Source of the DNA: Monocercomonoides exilis PA203
Lineage: Eukaryota; Protista; Preaxostyla
Direction: 5' to 3'
Assembly (NCBI GenBank): GCA_001643675.2
Contig: LSRY02000059.1
Location: 1 to 64,000, forward strand
DNA: 64,000 bases
This document shows, in pieces, positions 24,401 through 36,693 of this stretch (positions within the stretch are counted from its first letter, which is position 1; every line of letters starts with the position of its first letter). The notes under the pieces are model-generated. The model had not been told where the DNA came from. It made no database searches and saw only the letters and a list, made by a program, of their open reading frames with translations. The translations under genes and the position numbers were made by a program.

Positions 24401-27400
24401 CATTCACCTCGTCGAACAGCTCCTCTTCTGAGTCTTCTCCGAAGCTGTTCTCCTCTCTTGTCCTCTGCCTCGACTGCGAATAGTCGTCTGCCGAGTAGAT
24501 TGTGCTGCCTGTCATCTTCCTTCCTCCTCTCTGGTTCATCGTCTCTGCCATCTGCTGCATCGTCTCCATCCTCTGCCTCACTGCCTCCATAAACTGCTCA
24601 ATCACTTTCTCTTTCTCTCCTCTCTTTCTCTCCTCCACCTTCACTTTCGACTTGCTTCTCAGAACTTCGTCTCTCTTCTTCTTCAGAATTTCGTCTTCTT
24701 TCTTCTTTCTCTCTTCAGCTTCTTTTCTTTCCTTCCCAATTTGTTTTTCTATCTCCTCCAACATTTTTGTCGGAAGCACTTCAATCGAACTGGCAAGCTC
24801 CTTAAAATGTTGTTCTTCCTTTTCCTTTCTCTTTTCTGTCTCTTCCTCGTTCATCCTCATCCGAATCATCGACTCCTCAATTTCCATCATCTCCCTCTCA
24901 AACTCCTCGTCTTTCTCTCTCAATTCGCGCTGTGCTCTTTCTTCTGCTTCTCTTTGGATGGCTATTCGATACGCTTCTTTCTCCTTCCGCCTTTTCTCTT
25001 TCTCCTTCCGCTTTTCTCTCTTGATGATTATCCACAGCTCCTTCTCTTCTTCTCTCATTCTCTCCAGTTCATAATGTCGATGCGTCTCCAGCTCTTCCAT
25101 CAGCATCTGCATTCCGTTGTCTTCTTCTTCCATCATCCTCATTTCATTCGCTCTCTCTTCCTCTCTTCTTCTCCTCTCTTCTTCTTCTTCTTCCATCCTT
25201 TTTATTGCCTCTCTTCTCATTTTTTCTTCGTAAAGTGTCCTTCTCTCTTTTTTGGCCTCTCTCACACTGAGCACCTTCACCCATTCGTTCTCAATCAGCC
25301 ACACAGCTGACTTCTCCCTCTCTCTTCTTTCTTCTTCTGCTTTCTGTCTAGCTAAAGCTTCTTCTTCTGCCTTTCTCTTCATTTCTTCTCTGATCTGTTT
25401 GAGCCTTTCCTTCTCTTTCTTTGCCTCTCTCACCATCAAAACATCCTTCCATTCTGTTTCAATCGTCTTCACTGCTTTCCTTTTCTTTTCGATTATTTCC
25501 TGCAAAATCCTTTCCTTTTGCTCCAGCTCTTCTACACCCATTTCGTATTCTTCTCTTCTTCTGTTCTCTTCTTCTATCTGCTTCCTTTCTTCCTCCTTTC
25601 TTCGGGCTTCTTCCTTCCAAAATCTCTCTTCCATAATCTCTTCTGCTTCTGTCATCTTTTCATATCTCCGCCACAAAAAGCTGATGAAAGTCGCAGCTTC
25701 TGCTTCTCTCCTTCTTCTTTCTCGTCTTTCTCTTTCTTCCCTCTCCTCCTTCACCCGCAGTTTGTATGCTTTTTCTTTGTCTCTTTTCTTGACAAGCTCC
25801 TCTTTCTCTATCGATGACAGCTCTTCCTGCACTTTCCTTCGCATCAGATGATGTTTCCACCCGTTTTCAATGACAAGCACACTTTCCTTCTGCCTCTTCC
25901 TCAAACACTCCATCGTCCTCTCTCTTTCCTCTCTCATTTTCTGCTCTTCTTCTTCTGCTGCCATTCGCTTCAGTTCCTCTCTCCTGTTTTCTTCCTCTTC
26001 CTTTTCTTGTCTTTGCCTCATGTATTCTTTCTGTCTTTGATAGCTTTCTTCATTCAATCTTCTCTTCTTCTCTTCTTCCTCTTTCTTCATCCGCTTTGCT
26101 TCTTCCTCCATTTCTCTCATTTTCTGTTTGAGTTGTTGAATAATCTCTCTCGTCTCCGACGTCTTCGCCTCAAAATCCTCCAAGTTTTTGCCTTCCTCCT
26201 CTGCCTTCCTCCTCTCCTCTTCTCTCCTCTTCATTTTCATCCTCTGCTGCAGCTTAATCCGCTCTTCATTCTCCTTCGCTCGCATCCTTTCGACATCTGC
26301 CCACATTTCATTTGCCACAATGTCTTCATCTTCTCCTTCTTCTCCCTCTTCCTTCTCAAAAGGCGACTGGAATGAGCGCATTGGTAAAGAGGGCAATGGA
26401 GAAGAGCATATTGAGTGTGGAGTGGCCTGTGTGAACGGCAGTGGACTGTGACTGAATGGAGAAAGTGCCCCAGCAAATGGAGAGCTCAGAATGGTGTCTG
26501 TTTGAAAGGCCTTCGGAACATCGGAGAATTGTCTGTGCTCAAATTGCAGGGGAGACGAGGCATTGACAGCAGAAACACCCGAAATGGATGGGAAGACAGA
26601 GGAAGGAGAAGGAGAAGAAAGAGAAGAAGGAAAGTGAAAGGCAAAAGAGGAAAGAAGGGAAGAAGGCGAAGAGGAGAGGAGAGGAGAAGAAGATTGCGGA
26701 TCTTTTGGCAGCAGCACTTCGTTGGACATTCTGCAAAGCGCATCCAAATCGCAGTCGTCCCACTCGAAGTCAGATGCACCTTCGTCTCCGTCTGCTTCAT
26801 TCTTCTTCTGCTGACTGGTTGCAGCATCGTTGCTCTGATCTTTCGCTTTCTTCTGCTCTTTTTTGGCTTTTGGCTCATTCTTTTGTCCCTTTTGGTGTTT
26901 TCTCCCTTTTCGTTTGCTGCTCTTCTCATCAGATTTCTTTCCAATCTTTTTGTGCTCTTTTTCTTTCAATTCATTTTTGCTCTTTCTTTTGCTAACATCC
27001 TCTTTTCCTTCGATAGCATCCTTTTTTCTCTTCTTCTTGTGCCTTTTCTCATCAGCTTTGCTTTTGTCTTCATCGCTTTTTGTTTCACGTCTTTTTCTTT
27101 CCTCTTTTTTCTCATTGATTTCCTTTTCAGTTTTATTCGTTTTGGAAGCGTCTTCAATTTTTTGCTCTTCTTTCTTTTCTTCTGCCTTTTTGTGTCTTTC
27201 TTTATCCTTTTTCTGTGTCTCTTGCTTCTTTTGAGTATTCGAATTCCTTTTATCTCCCTCATTTGATGCAGACATTTGCCCCTCGTTTTTGCTTTCACAA
27301 ACAGAATTCTTCTCTATTTTGTCTTTTTCGGCATTGCTCGGCAAATTATCATCATTCTTTTTTTCTTCTATTTCTTTATTTGCTTTTTCTTCTTTTTCAC

Positions 27401-28563
27401 TTTCCTTTTTCTTTTTCTCGTTTTTTTCTTCATCTTCTTCTTTTTTCTCTTTCGTAGCATCCTTCTTCTCCTCTTCCTCTTCATCATCATCTTCTTCTTC
27501 TTCTTCTTCTTCTTCTTCTTCTTCTTCTTCCTCTTCCTCTTCTTCCTCCTCCTCCTCCTCTTCTTCTTCCTCCTCCTCCTCCTCTTCCTCTTCCTCTTCC
27601 TCTTCATTTTTATCTTCTTTTTCTTTTGATGATTTCTTTAACTCTTCCTGAATTTTTCTTTCATCCAATTCTGATTGAAAGCGAATCTTTTGGATATTTC
27701 TTTCTTTTGCGGATTTGGTTTCATTACTATCGTGATCCTCTCCAGAATTTTGATTCGATGAATCTGGAAAAACTTCTTTTGAGTTGTCTGGGTTTCTTCT
27801 CCTTCGAATAGGATTAAGCCTTCTTTGAGAAGAAAGTTCAGATTGTTCTTGAATCTTTAATGATCCAGGTTCTAATGAATGTTGATTGTTGTTTTTTGAC
27901 TTTTCAAAATCTTAATGTTTGAGTGTTTAAAACAAACATAATTATAAAAAGGAATTAAAACCTGTAACTGAGTGCTGTGATAAAGTTGATTTTTCATCTG
28001 AAGATTCATCATCTTCCTCCGATTGGTGTACATTTTCTGTCTCAGATTTCATTGATTGTCTAGAAGCAGCTCTGAGTTGATGAGACTGAAGAAATGTTCG
28101 ATATTCGTTTTTCAAATAAAAATAATGACAAAAATATGTGTTAAAAAAACAAAATATTTTAAAACATACGGGAGAAAATAGAAGAGGAAGATAGTTTCCT
28201 TATAATTTAATTTTTATTAATACATATAAATTAACAGTATTACAAGGATATTTAAATTTAATAATTTTTAGAACACAAACCTTTATATTCAGATAATGTA
28301 ATTGGGTCATCAATATTTAAATCGTGTTGTGCCATTGCCATAAGGCGCAGTAAATAAAAAAATTCTTCCTTTTTCAAAGCTTGAAAATTAGTTCGAGCGC
28401 TTTTCATCCATATTTGCTGGAATTTTTCTTGTTGAAGTTTTGGTGGCTTCAGCTTTTTATATCTTGTTAACGGAAACGCATCTTCAACAGAAAGTTTGGT
28501 AAATAAAGAAGAAAAAAAATTTTGTTCTGAAGCTGAGTATTCAATGTGTGGTAACTGTTTCAT
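21411..28563 (-). CDS. Large multi-exon protein: N-terminal EH-like domain, poly-Glu, charged helices with IQ-like repeats
   Basis: Exons approx 28563-28281, 28198-28170, 28085-27962 and 27910-21411 splice in frame via GT-AG. QQIWMKSA...EEFFYLLRLMAMAQ resembles EH domains. 2085-aa terminal ORF. Confidence 0.75.
27478..27605 (-). repeat. Coding (GAA/GAG)n trinucleotide tract (poly-Glu/Asp)
   Basis: tct/tcc tandem triplets on + strand, translating to about 40 acidic residues. Confidence 0.9.
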
Positions 28564-28693
28564 AAATAAGGAATCAAAAACTGAAGATCATTATGAGCCA
28601 CAATAAAATATATCCATTTTTCACCCATAGAACATAAGCGAATAATTTCGGAGGCTTTTGCCATTGATTTACGCTTTTCACTCTGTTCCATAA

Positions 28694-29663
28694 ATGGATT
28701 TTATAATTATAAGTGCATGTTCTCCAATGGTAGAAGCATACGTTGTTCCGTTTCTTCATTTAGACAATGAAAAAAGCAAATTGGCTTTGTTGATTTGCTA
28801 TGGACTCGTTCAACTTACCATCCTTGGAATATACGGAATTATATATTCAATGGTGCAAAAATCTGATAATGAAAACAAAAATATTAGAGTTAAAAAGCAA
28901 GTGCAACCCATGATGATGATGATGGCGTTTGAAACTGAAATTTTTCGTTTAAATTTATAAACTGCTAAATTTTTTCTATTTTTTTGTATTTAGTCCGCAA
29001 CAGGAAGAATTCGAAATGAAAACAAAGTTCGAATACGATGGAAGCCTGATTAAAAGTGCATTTTCAAGCTTTTTCTTTAACTTAGCTTTTTCTGCGTTTT
29101 TATATTATAAAAATCAGAAATCATCCTTTTTGTTAATCCGAATATTTTTCGCTATATATTCGATTTTCAAAAACAAATTGTTCAAAAGCTATATTTTGGG
29201 AAAAGATATCCCTCGTCCGTTTGAAACGGAAAATATGATGAACTCAATGATGTCCCAGATGATGAGTACTTATCAAAACATGTTGCAGCAACTTCAAGAT
29301 GAAAATGGTAATCCACTTCAACCATCTCAAGGAGCATTATTTGGGGCTCCTTCAAATCAATCCTCAAATCAATCAACAAATGTTTCTGCAAAGAAGAAGA
29401 AGAAGAAGATCTCTTCATCAAATTTGTCTCAAGATAATGAAGTAACGGCATCGAATTCCACTTCAGCATCATCGAGCAAATCACCTTCACCTCCTGCTGC
29501 TCAGAAATTATCGCCTGCGAAAGAGAGTCAATCCAACGAGGATGCTTCATCTAAAAATCTCAAAAAAGATGACACTTCAAAACAAGCAAAAAATGTTCAG
29601 ACTAACACTTCAAAATCTTCAAAAAAGTCTACAAAAAAATCGTCAAAGCCAAAGAAAGAATAA
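28694..29663 (+). CDS. PHO88: Pho88/Snd3-family ER membrane protein
   Basis: Two exons (intron ~28928-28993). YGLVQLTILGIY...K.D, K.KFEYD, F..YILGKDIPRPF pattern matches Pho88/Snd3. Lys/Ser-rich tail. Confidence 0.7.
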
Positions 29664-29851
29664 GAAATTTGAGATCAGTTCATAAGAAATAATCAAATTT
29701 ACACTCTTTTTGTCTATTTCAAACACTGAATATGAATTTGGTTTCGTTAGTTAATTTCTTTGCATTTGGCTTCGACTCAAAACATAAGCAATACAAAAAT
29801 ATCTTATTTATTTTTTTCCTTGCAAATGAAATGGATGAAGTGAATAAAAAC

Positions 29852-31789
29852 TTATAACGATTCTTTAATTTCATTGTGTGCTGCTCTCAGCTTCATCTTT
29901 TTCTTGTCTTTCGTAAATTTGTTGACGTTTCTTACAGAAAGCTTTTTGCGCTGCTCTGCTTTCCTCTCTTCCCAAAGAAGACGACTGCGAACATTCATTT
30001 CGGCCGCTTTGCGCCTTCTTGACGAATGGCTAGCCTTCTCCTTTGTTTTCTTTTCTTTGTCGTTTCTTTCTCTTTCTTCTTCTTCCTCTTCCTCCTCTTC
30101 CTCCTCATCGTCTTCCTCTTCCTCTTCATTTTCGTCTTCATTTTCATTTTCATTTTCGTAATTCTCTTCATTTTCTTCATCGGAATCGCCATCTTCTCCT
30201 TCAGATGACATGTCATTCTCTCGATCTTCTTTAATGGCTTTGAGAAGTTTTTCATTCTCTTTTGATTTAAAGCCACTTGCTTCAACTATTTTGTCCAGCT
30301 CGGTGAATTGTCTGACGTCGCTTTTATCTTCTGTGCCACTCGGGTCTTCAGCAGATGCTGCATCAGAGGGATTTGATCCTTTTTCTGTTCCTTTTTTTGA
30401 AGGATGCATTAGCCTTTCTCGCTCTTTGAGAACCCACTGAAATGAAGGAATGAACACAGCATCGTCTTCAGCTTTGTCTCCTTCTTTCTTTTCTGGAAAG
30501 TGAGTTGCCTCTGAATCATGTGCTTCAGCTCCTTTGCTTTCTGCTCTCTCCTTTTCATCTTCTTCTGTTTCTTCTTCTTTTTCTTCTGAATCGCTTTCAT
30601 TCTTCTCTTCATCATCGTCGTCTTTCGAATAGCGCACACCCCACTTTCGTTTGCAGAGATTGATAATGCATTCTCTGTCTCGTTCAAATTGTTCCTCTGC
30701 ATTTGCATGAGAAACAGAAATCATTTGAGGAAAATCGATCACAGTGATAAGTTTTCCATTCCAAGGAGGATAAGAAGGAGAGGAAGTTGATGTGTCAGAT
30801 GATTGGCTCGATGAAGATGAAGAGGAAGAAGCAGCTGCATCCAAATTTTGTCCTTTTCTCCATACTCCTTCGGGAATAACATCAATTTCTTCCAAATTTG
30901 AAAGTCTGTCTTCGCTTTCTTGACTATCGTCTAAATCTTCATCCATCAAAAGAGAATCAATCTCTTCTCCATCGTCTTCCATCCCTTTACAGCTGCTAAG
31001 ATCAAGAAGTTCGTCTTTTCGATATTTGGCATCGCTTTCGTTCCTTAACTTTTCGTCTTCCTTTAATATTTCATCTGTATTGACAATTACGTTAAATTCG
31101 TTAAAATCTCCATGTATTAATCCGAAATTTGCAAAACGCAGAAGAAGATCAACCATTTCCTTTGCAACTAACTTGGAATTAGGAAAATTTCTCATCTGAG
31201 AAAGTGGAAGTCCTTTAACAAGCGACATTACAACGCAATGTCGATTATTTTCAATTGGGATAGGCGTTGGAAATCCATATTGATATAATGTTTTCATGAA
31301 TAAAAATTCTTTTAGAGCGGCAAGGCGTGATAAATACAACCAATTTGAAGGTTTTCCTCTTCCTTTCTTTAAATAATCACGTTTCTGTCTAACTGCTCGA
31401 AAAGAAGTTCTTCCAAGTCGATGGAATTTTATGCAAATATATTTTCCATCTGGTGAAACAGCAGAAAAAATGTCCGATTCCTTTCCAACTCCAATTTGTC
31501 TCAATACACATTTCACAACTCCTCTTTTAACAAGGGTATTTAGCGCAAGATAATCGTATCCCAAATAAGTTAATCGATACCCGTCATATCTTTTAGAATC
31601 ATGATATACAAGTTTGTATCTTAAAAGCGTTCGAAGAGAATTTGGTGCTTCTCCATGTTTCAGAGCCGCCAATCTTATGATCAATTCAACTGGAACGATT
31701 TCATGATTTCTCATTCCTGTTTCAACAGCAGCAAGAATTCTGAAGTCTTCGGGCTCGAGGTGACGGAAAGCTTCAAGATCTAGTTTCAT
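29852..31789 (-). CDS. RIO2: RIO2 atypical kinase (40S maturation)
   Basis: MKLD..FRILAAVETGMRNHEIVP winged helix, GYRLTYLGYDYLAL, GVGKESDI, HRLGRTSFR, IHGDFNEFN, IDFPQM. Confidence 0.97.
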   Translation of the reverse strand: MKLDLEAFRHLEPEDFRILAAVETGMRNHEIVPVELIIRLAALKHGEAPNSLRTLLRYKLVYHDSKRYDGYRLTYLGYDYLALNTLVKRGVVKCVLRQIGVGKESDIFSAVSPDGKYICIKFHRLGRTSFRAVRQKRDYLKKGRGKPSNWLYLSRLAALKEFLFMKTLYQYGFPTPIPIENNRHCVVMSLVKGLPLSQMRNFPNSKLVAKEMVDLLLRFANFGLIHGDFNEFNVIVNTDEILKEDEKLRNESDAKYRKDELLDLSSCKGMEDDGEEIDSLLMDEDLDDSQESEDRLSNLEEIDVIPEGVWRKGQNLDAAASSSSSSSSQSSDTSTSSPSYPPWNGKLITVIDFPQMISVSHANAEEQFERDRECIINLCKRKWGVRYSKDDDDEEKNESDSEEKEEETEEDEKERAESKGAEAHDSEATHFPEKKEGDKAEDDAVFIPSFQWVLKERERLMHPSKKGTEKGSNPSDAASAEDPSGTEDKSDVRQFTELDKIVEASGFKSKENEKLLKAIKEDRENDMSSEGEDGDSDEENEENYENENENEDENEEEEEDDEEEEEEEEEEERERNDKEKKTKEKASHSSRRRKAAEMNVRSRLLWEERKAEQRKKLSVRNVNKFTKDKKKMKLRAAHNEIKESL

Positions 31790-31854
31790 CACAAAATAAA
31801 TAATATGTTGAAGTTTAAGAATATGGCACTGATCTAATCGACAATCGTAAAATT

Positions 31855-33840
31855 ATGTCACAAACAGTTGAATATGAGAGCTGTTGGATCGAATCATCTC
31901 TACTTAGAAAATCAAATCCTTTGGCTCTTGTTTCCTTAAGTGAAAATTACTCTTTATTTCAACTTGTTCCTGAAAGCGAACAACAATTATGGATGTATCC
32001 AGAAGACTTGCTTCTTCGTTGGGTGCATTATCATATCAAAAAAGTTAATTCTTCTTTATCTGTGAGGAATTTTACAACTGATTGGTCGGTCTGCATTTTA
32101 TTATTCTGTTGTTATTGATTTGTTTTTTAACTATTTTTCCGTGTTTTGAAAGGATTGTGAAATTTTCACTATTCTATTTTCACAACTTTTTTCTGGATTC
32201 AATGGAAGTGATGTTCTTGCAATAACTGATCGAAGGGCGCGAGCTGAAGCTTTGTTGAACAAAGTCAATCCTCTCTTGTCATTTTCTCCATCTATCCATG
32301 CTAAAGATATTTATCTTGTGTGAATACTTCGCTTTATCTTTTATAATCAATTTTAAAATTGGTACTTGGTTATTTAGAGCGATTTTCATCAAATAATATT
32401 TTTCCTTGCTCAAATTTTCAATAGTCATTCTGGACTTCCGGAACCGAGTGAATTTGATAAAATTGCAGCTCAAAAGAAAATTGACGAGCTTATAGCTAAA
32501 CAAGAAAAAGAAGAGGCTGAATCTCCCGAGAATGATGCAGAAAAAGCTCTTGAATTATCAAAGAAGAAAGAAGAAGATAATGAAAAAGATCCATCAGCAA
32601 TGGATATAGAAGAAAGTAAAGAATCTGCTTCAAGTGCATCGTCATCATCATCTTCTTCTTCTTCTTCAATTGGAGCTCCACTTTCAAAGTCAACCACATT
32701 TGGTCGCGAAGCTCCAGCGATTATGATGTTAAAGGAAAAGGAAGATAAGCAAATTAAAGAAGAACAATCTGAAGAGGAAATTAAAAAGGAAGAGGATTAC
32801 AAGAAATGGGTAAAGGAACTTGGATTAAAGGTATTGTTACTTGTTTTTATTTGCAATACATTCCAGTTTTTGTGATTTGTATTTGCCATTCAATTCATTC
32901 ATCAGGCTATCTACAGAGATGCACTTCTCTCAAATTCTGACACATCGACTGCATCGTTTGACAGATGTCTTGCGTGGATGATGGTTGCTATTCGCTTTGA
33001 TGACCTTTCTCTCTTCCGTCGCAACATCGACAAAGTTGACTCTCTTCTTGCAACTGACGACTCATCGTCTTCGTCTTCGTCTTCAGCTGGGAATGCCAGA
33101 GGCCTTGAGATAGACTGGGAACGTAAAAACCGTCTGATTGCCTTCCGCGGGGTGTTTGCGCTTCTCAGCAGGCATTTTGCAGCTGCGTCGTCGTTTTTCC
33201 ATTCGTCGCTGTCCACTTTTGTCTGCCCTGAGCTCTTTGGAGACATGCAGCATCTGGTCATCTGCCACGTGTGCTCGTCGCTTGTCAGCCTTCCCCGCGA
33301 AGAGATCAAAGCAAAGTGCATCGAGCAGCCTGATGTCACATCTGTGATCCACCAAGTCCCTGCCCTTCAGAAGGCACTGAACTCGTTCTACAATGGCGAT
33401 TACTCCACATTTTTTGTGTCTCTCAACACGCTCACGTCAGACATCCTCCAATCTGACAAGTTCTTTTCCCAGCATGCCACTTACTTCTGCAAAGAAATGA
33501 GGGCAAAGGCTTATTCACAATACATCATTCCATACAATTCCGTATATTTCAACAAAATGGCTTCACTTTTCGGAGTTTCTCCTCAGTTTCTTGAAAGGTT
33601 TACAAGTCTTTTTTTATTTTGGAATTTTTTTTTTTTGAAAAATAATTTTCATTGATTTTTAGCGATCTTGAGCGCTTCATTACCTCTGGAAAAGTCCCAG
33701 CAAAAATCGATAAAGTTGGTGGAAGGGTTATTTCAAAGAGAAGTGAATGGAAAGGCGTTCAACTTGATGGAATTCTTGCATCAGGAGATGATTTAATAAA
33801 TCGCATGCAGAAGATGATGGGAGCAATTGTTTACACTTAA
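31855..33840 (+). CDS. RPN7: 26S proteasome lid subunit RPN7/PSMD6-like protein with N-terminal fimbrin-type calponin-homology domain
   Basis: Introns 32089-32152, 32318-32377, 32831-32905 and 33598-33662 give one frame. DWERKNRL..RGVF..RHFAAA..FVCPEL, EMRAKAYSQY, AKIDKVGG are RPN7/PCI. PEDLLLRWVHYH..NFTTDWSD..FLAQIFNSHSGL is fimbrin CH2-like. Confidence 0.8.
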
Positions 33841-34149
33841 TAAATTATTTCCTACCTTCCTTTCTTTCTTTTCTTAAGCCTGGTCAACAAATGATTCGGC
33901 TACTTTTTTTTCTCATATTTTCTCATTCATCATTTTCTTGATTCTCACTTCTCAATTGTTATTTTAATAATTAAAAAAAGAAAATAGTTTTATGAAAGTA
34001 CCGATAAGAAAATAAGAATGTGCAAGTTCTTCATGAAAGCGTGTTGTCACACAATCATTCCCTGGGGTTATCCAAGAAGATGAGGTGCAAAATGCCCGAT
34101 GGGCAGCTAAACAATGAGATGAAAAGCTGTATCAGAAGCATCTTTTTGT

Positions 34150-34757
34150 TTAATAGAAATATCCAAGAATTTTGCCTCCTGTTCCTCTTTTTCTGGCTTC
34201 TTCGTGAGACATGATTCCGTATGAAGTTGTCAAAACGATAAAGCCGAATTGACGGGCTGGAAGAAGATTTGTCACCCATCTTTCCATTTGATCAAGCCCA
34301 ACGTCAAAGCGTGGTGAAATGACACCACATTTATTCAAACGACCATTAAGTTCAACAACAACTTTTCCAGCTCTGTGGTCATCAACAACTTCGAATTCTC
34401 CAATGTAGCCTGGAAAAATGCGTAAAGATAATTAAAGAATCAATGGTATATTTCGTTGAAGTGAATTAAACAAAGAAAGAAATTGAAATAAGGAATATTT
34501 ATTGTGCAATAAAAAGCATTTTTTAAAATGATATCAATTTTGAAACAATTAAAATAAAAAAGAAATATAAATAAACATCATCCTTTCATGCAAAAGAAAA
34601 TCAAGTTAATAATAATAAATATACCGTGTTTTTGCATGACACGAAGGAATTTAAGAACGACTTTGCTGCAAGGGCGGATAAGCACTTGACGCTTGCCAGA
34701 TCTTTCAGCAACAACAATTGTGTTCAAGCATTCACTCAATACATTCATGCGAACCAT
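34150..34757 (-). CDS. RPS15A: 40S ribosomal protein S15A (uS8)
   Basis: [28 protein letters not shown]|[45 protein letters not shown]; one intron ~34410-34624. Confidence 0.97.
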
Positions 34758-35339
34758 TTTTAATCAGGCTATTGTGTGACAAAGCTAATATTAAATAATT
34801 TACAGTTAAAAAGTTCATTAAAACTCTATAACCAAAGAAACGGCAAACTTCAAGACTCTAAAAATCCGCTTTTGATTAAATCCCATAATAATATTTTTTT
34901 GTTTTCATTCAAAGAATAGTTGTGAAAACATTGCAATACGACGATTGACAAGAAAAGAACAAATATTATTGACATATTCATTCTTCTTGAAAGAAAAATA
35001 AATGTGTGAATTTTCATTTTTGCGTATCAAACGTCTTCAATAATGTCGTTTTGGAACATGAATCCGATTTTTGAATTATGTTCATTCTTGTATTTTTTAA
35101 TTTAATACAACAAAATTCAAAAAACGAAGATAATTTTATTGAAAATTCATAAACAAATTTAGTTTAAAATTTTCATGAAACTTCTTTTTCTGCAAATAAA
35201 TCTGTATGAAAAGCGATTCTATTCTGTATTTCAATGTTTATTGATGGTACATTGATGTAATATATGATTTTTTTTTCTTGAAATTCAAAGAAATACAATT
35301 TGAAAAATTCTTTTTACAAAATTTTTCTCAATTTTAATC

Positions 35340-35371
<32 letters not shown>

Positions 35372-35656
35372 GGAAAAGGAAAAGAAAGAAAGAAAGAAAA
35401 AGAAAGAAAACGCAAATAAAAACATTCTTCTTTCAAGCATATTCAATTTTAATGAAATTTATGTACAATTTTATGAGATCTCCTTTTTCATCTGTTATTG
35501 TTTCAAAAGATTTATAATAATTTCGAAATTGTAAACATAAAGAATATTTGAGAATAATAATATCTTTATACCAATTCATTAAAGTCAAGTAAACCAGTAT
35601 GCATTTGTGTTTTTCATTTTTGATTGAAAATTCAATTTATGGCAACAAGATCATTA

Positions 35657-36484
35657 ATGGTGTGTTTAGTTGTGATAATTCCTTTTTCATTGATTTTTTT
35701 ATCATTGTTTTTGTTTTTCTTTATACTAGGCATATCACTCTTCTCATAATTCGGATTCTGTTCAACTTGTTTGCGGATTGCCTATCCTTCCAATAAAGAC
35801 ATCTGCAAAAGGGCCAGCTCCTTCTTTCGACGGTATTTACATTTATTTTTCCGAACATGTTATATTCTTATTAAATAATTTTTATTAGGAGATGAAAAAA
35901 CCGATATTGTTGGTGAGGCTATAACGTTTTTCAGAGCCAATGTTCTTTTCAAGAACTTTGAATTTAATGGTCCTGCGGACAAATTACTTGTATACCTCAC
36001 TTTATTCATTTCACAATGCTTGCAATATTGCGACAAACAAATGACACGTACAGATGGCGCAAAACAACTAGTTTGTTTTCATTTCATCAAATATTCTTTA
36101 TGAAACTTGTTTTGTATGAAAACTGTCACAGAACAAACTTGTTTGTGAGCCATTTAAGGTTCCAGGAGACTCAACATTCTGCTTAGGAGGAATGGTTTCG
36201 CCACCTGCATCAGCTTCTGAAAGCGGTTTGATTGTCATTTCTTATATATTTTGAACTGTTGCAATTTTAATTAAATGCAGATCTTATTAAGCAATATTTA
36301 CGTCAACTGAGAGAGGAAGTTTCGCTTCGGCTGATGAACTATCTGTATCCGGAGCCTGAAGGTCGTCTTTCAAAGTGGTGGATGTCTTTTTCAAAGAAAA
36401 AGTTTGTTCATTAATGTTTTTATTGCAATGTGTTAATATTTTTGATATTTCCTTCCAAAAAGGTTTTTGAACAAAACAATTTAA
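35657..36484 (+). CDS. ARPC3: Arp2/3 complex subunit 3 (p21-Arc)
   Basis: Spliced M|AYHS..LPILPIKT..KGPAP..DIVGEAITFFRANVLFKNFE..GPADKLLVYLTLFISQCL..YLRQLREE..SKWWMSFSKK|KFLNKTI; several short introns. Confidence 0.92.
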
Positions 36485-36693
36485 CAGATCATTTGGTCTG
36501 AATGATCCTACAATAAATACAAAGCGCTGATTGAAACGCATATATTATCAGATCACTTTTTTATTTTATAATCTCACGAGAACGTCCTTTCTTCTTCTTC
36601 AATGTTTTTTATCTGAGGAGTAAAAAGAAAAATATATTGATCCCTTAATTTGAGAAATTTTTTTCAAACATTTTGACTGATCGTTATTTCTCA

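Noticed and set aside
23800-27651. Long + strand Ser/Phe/Leu-rich ORFs (and similar antisense ORFs over RIO2, MCM6 and the RRM gene)
   Set aside because: Antisense shadows of GAA/AAG-rich coding sequence.
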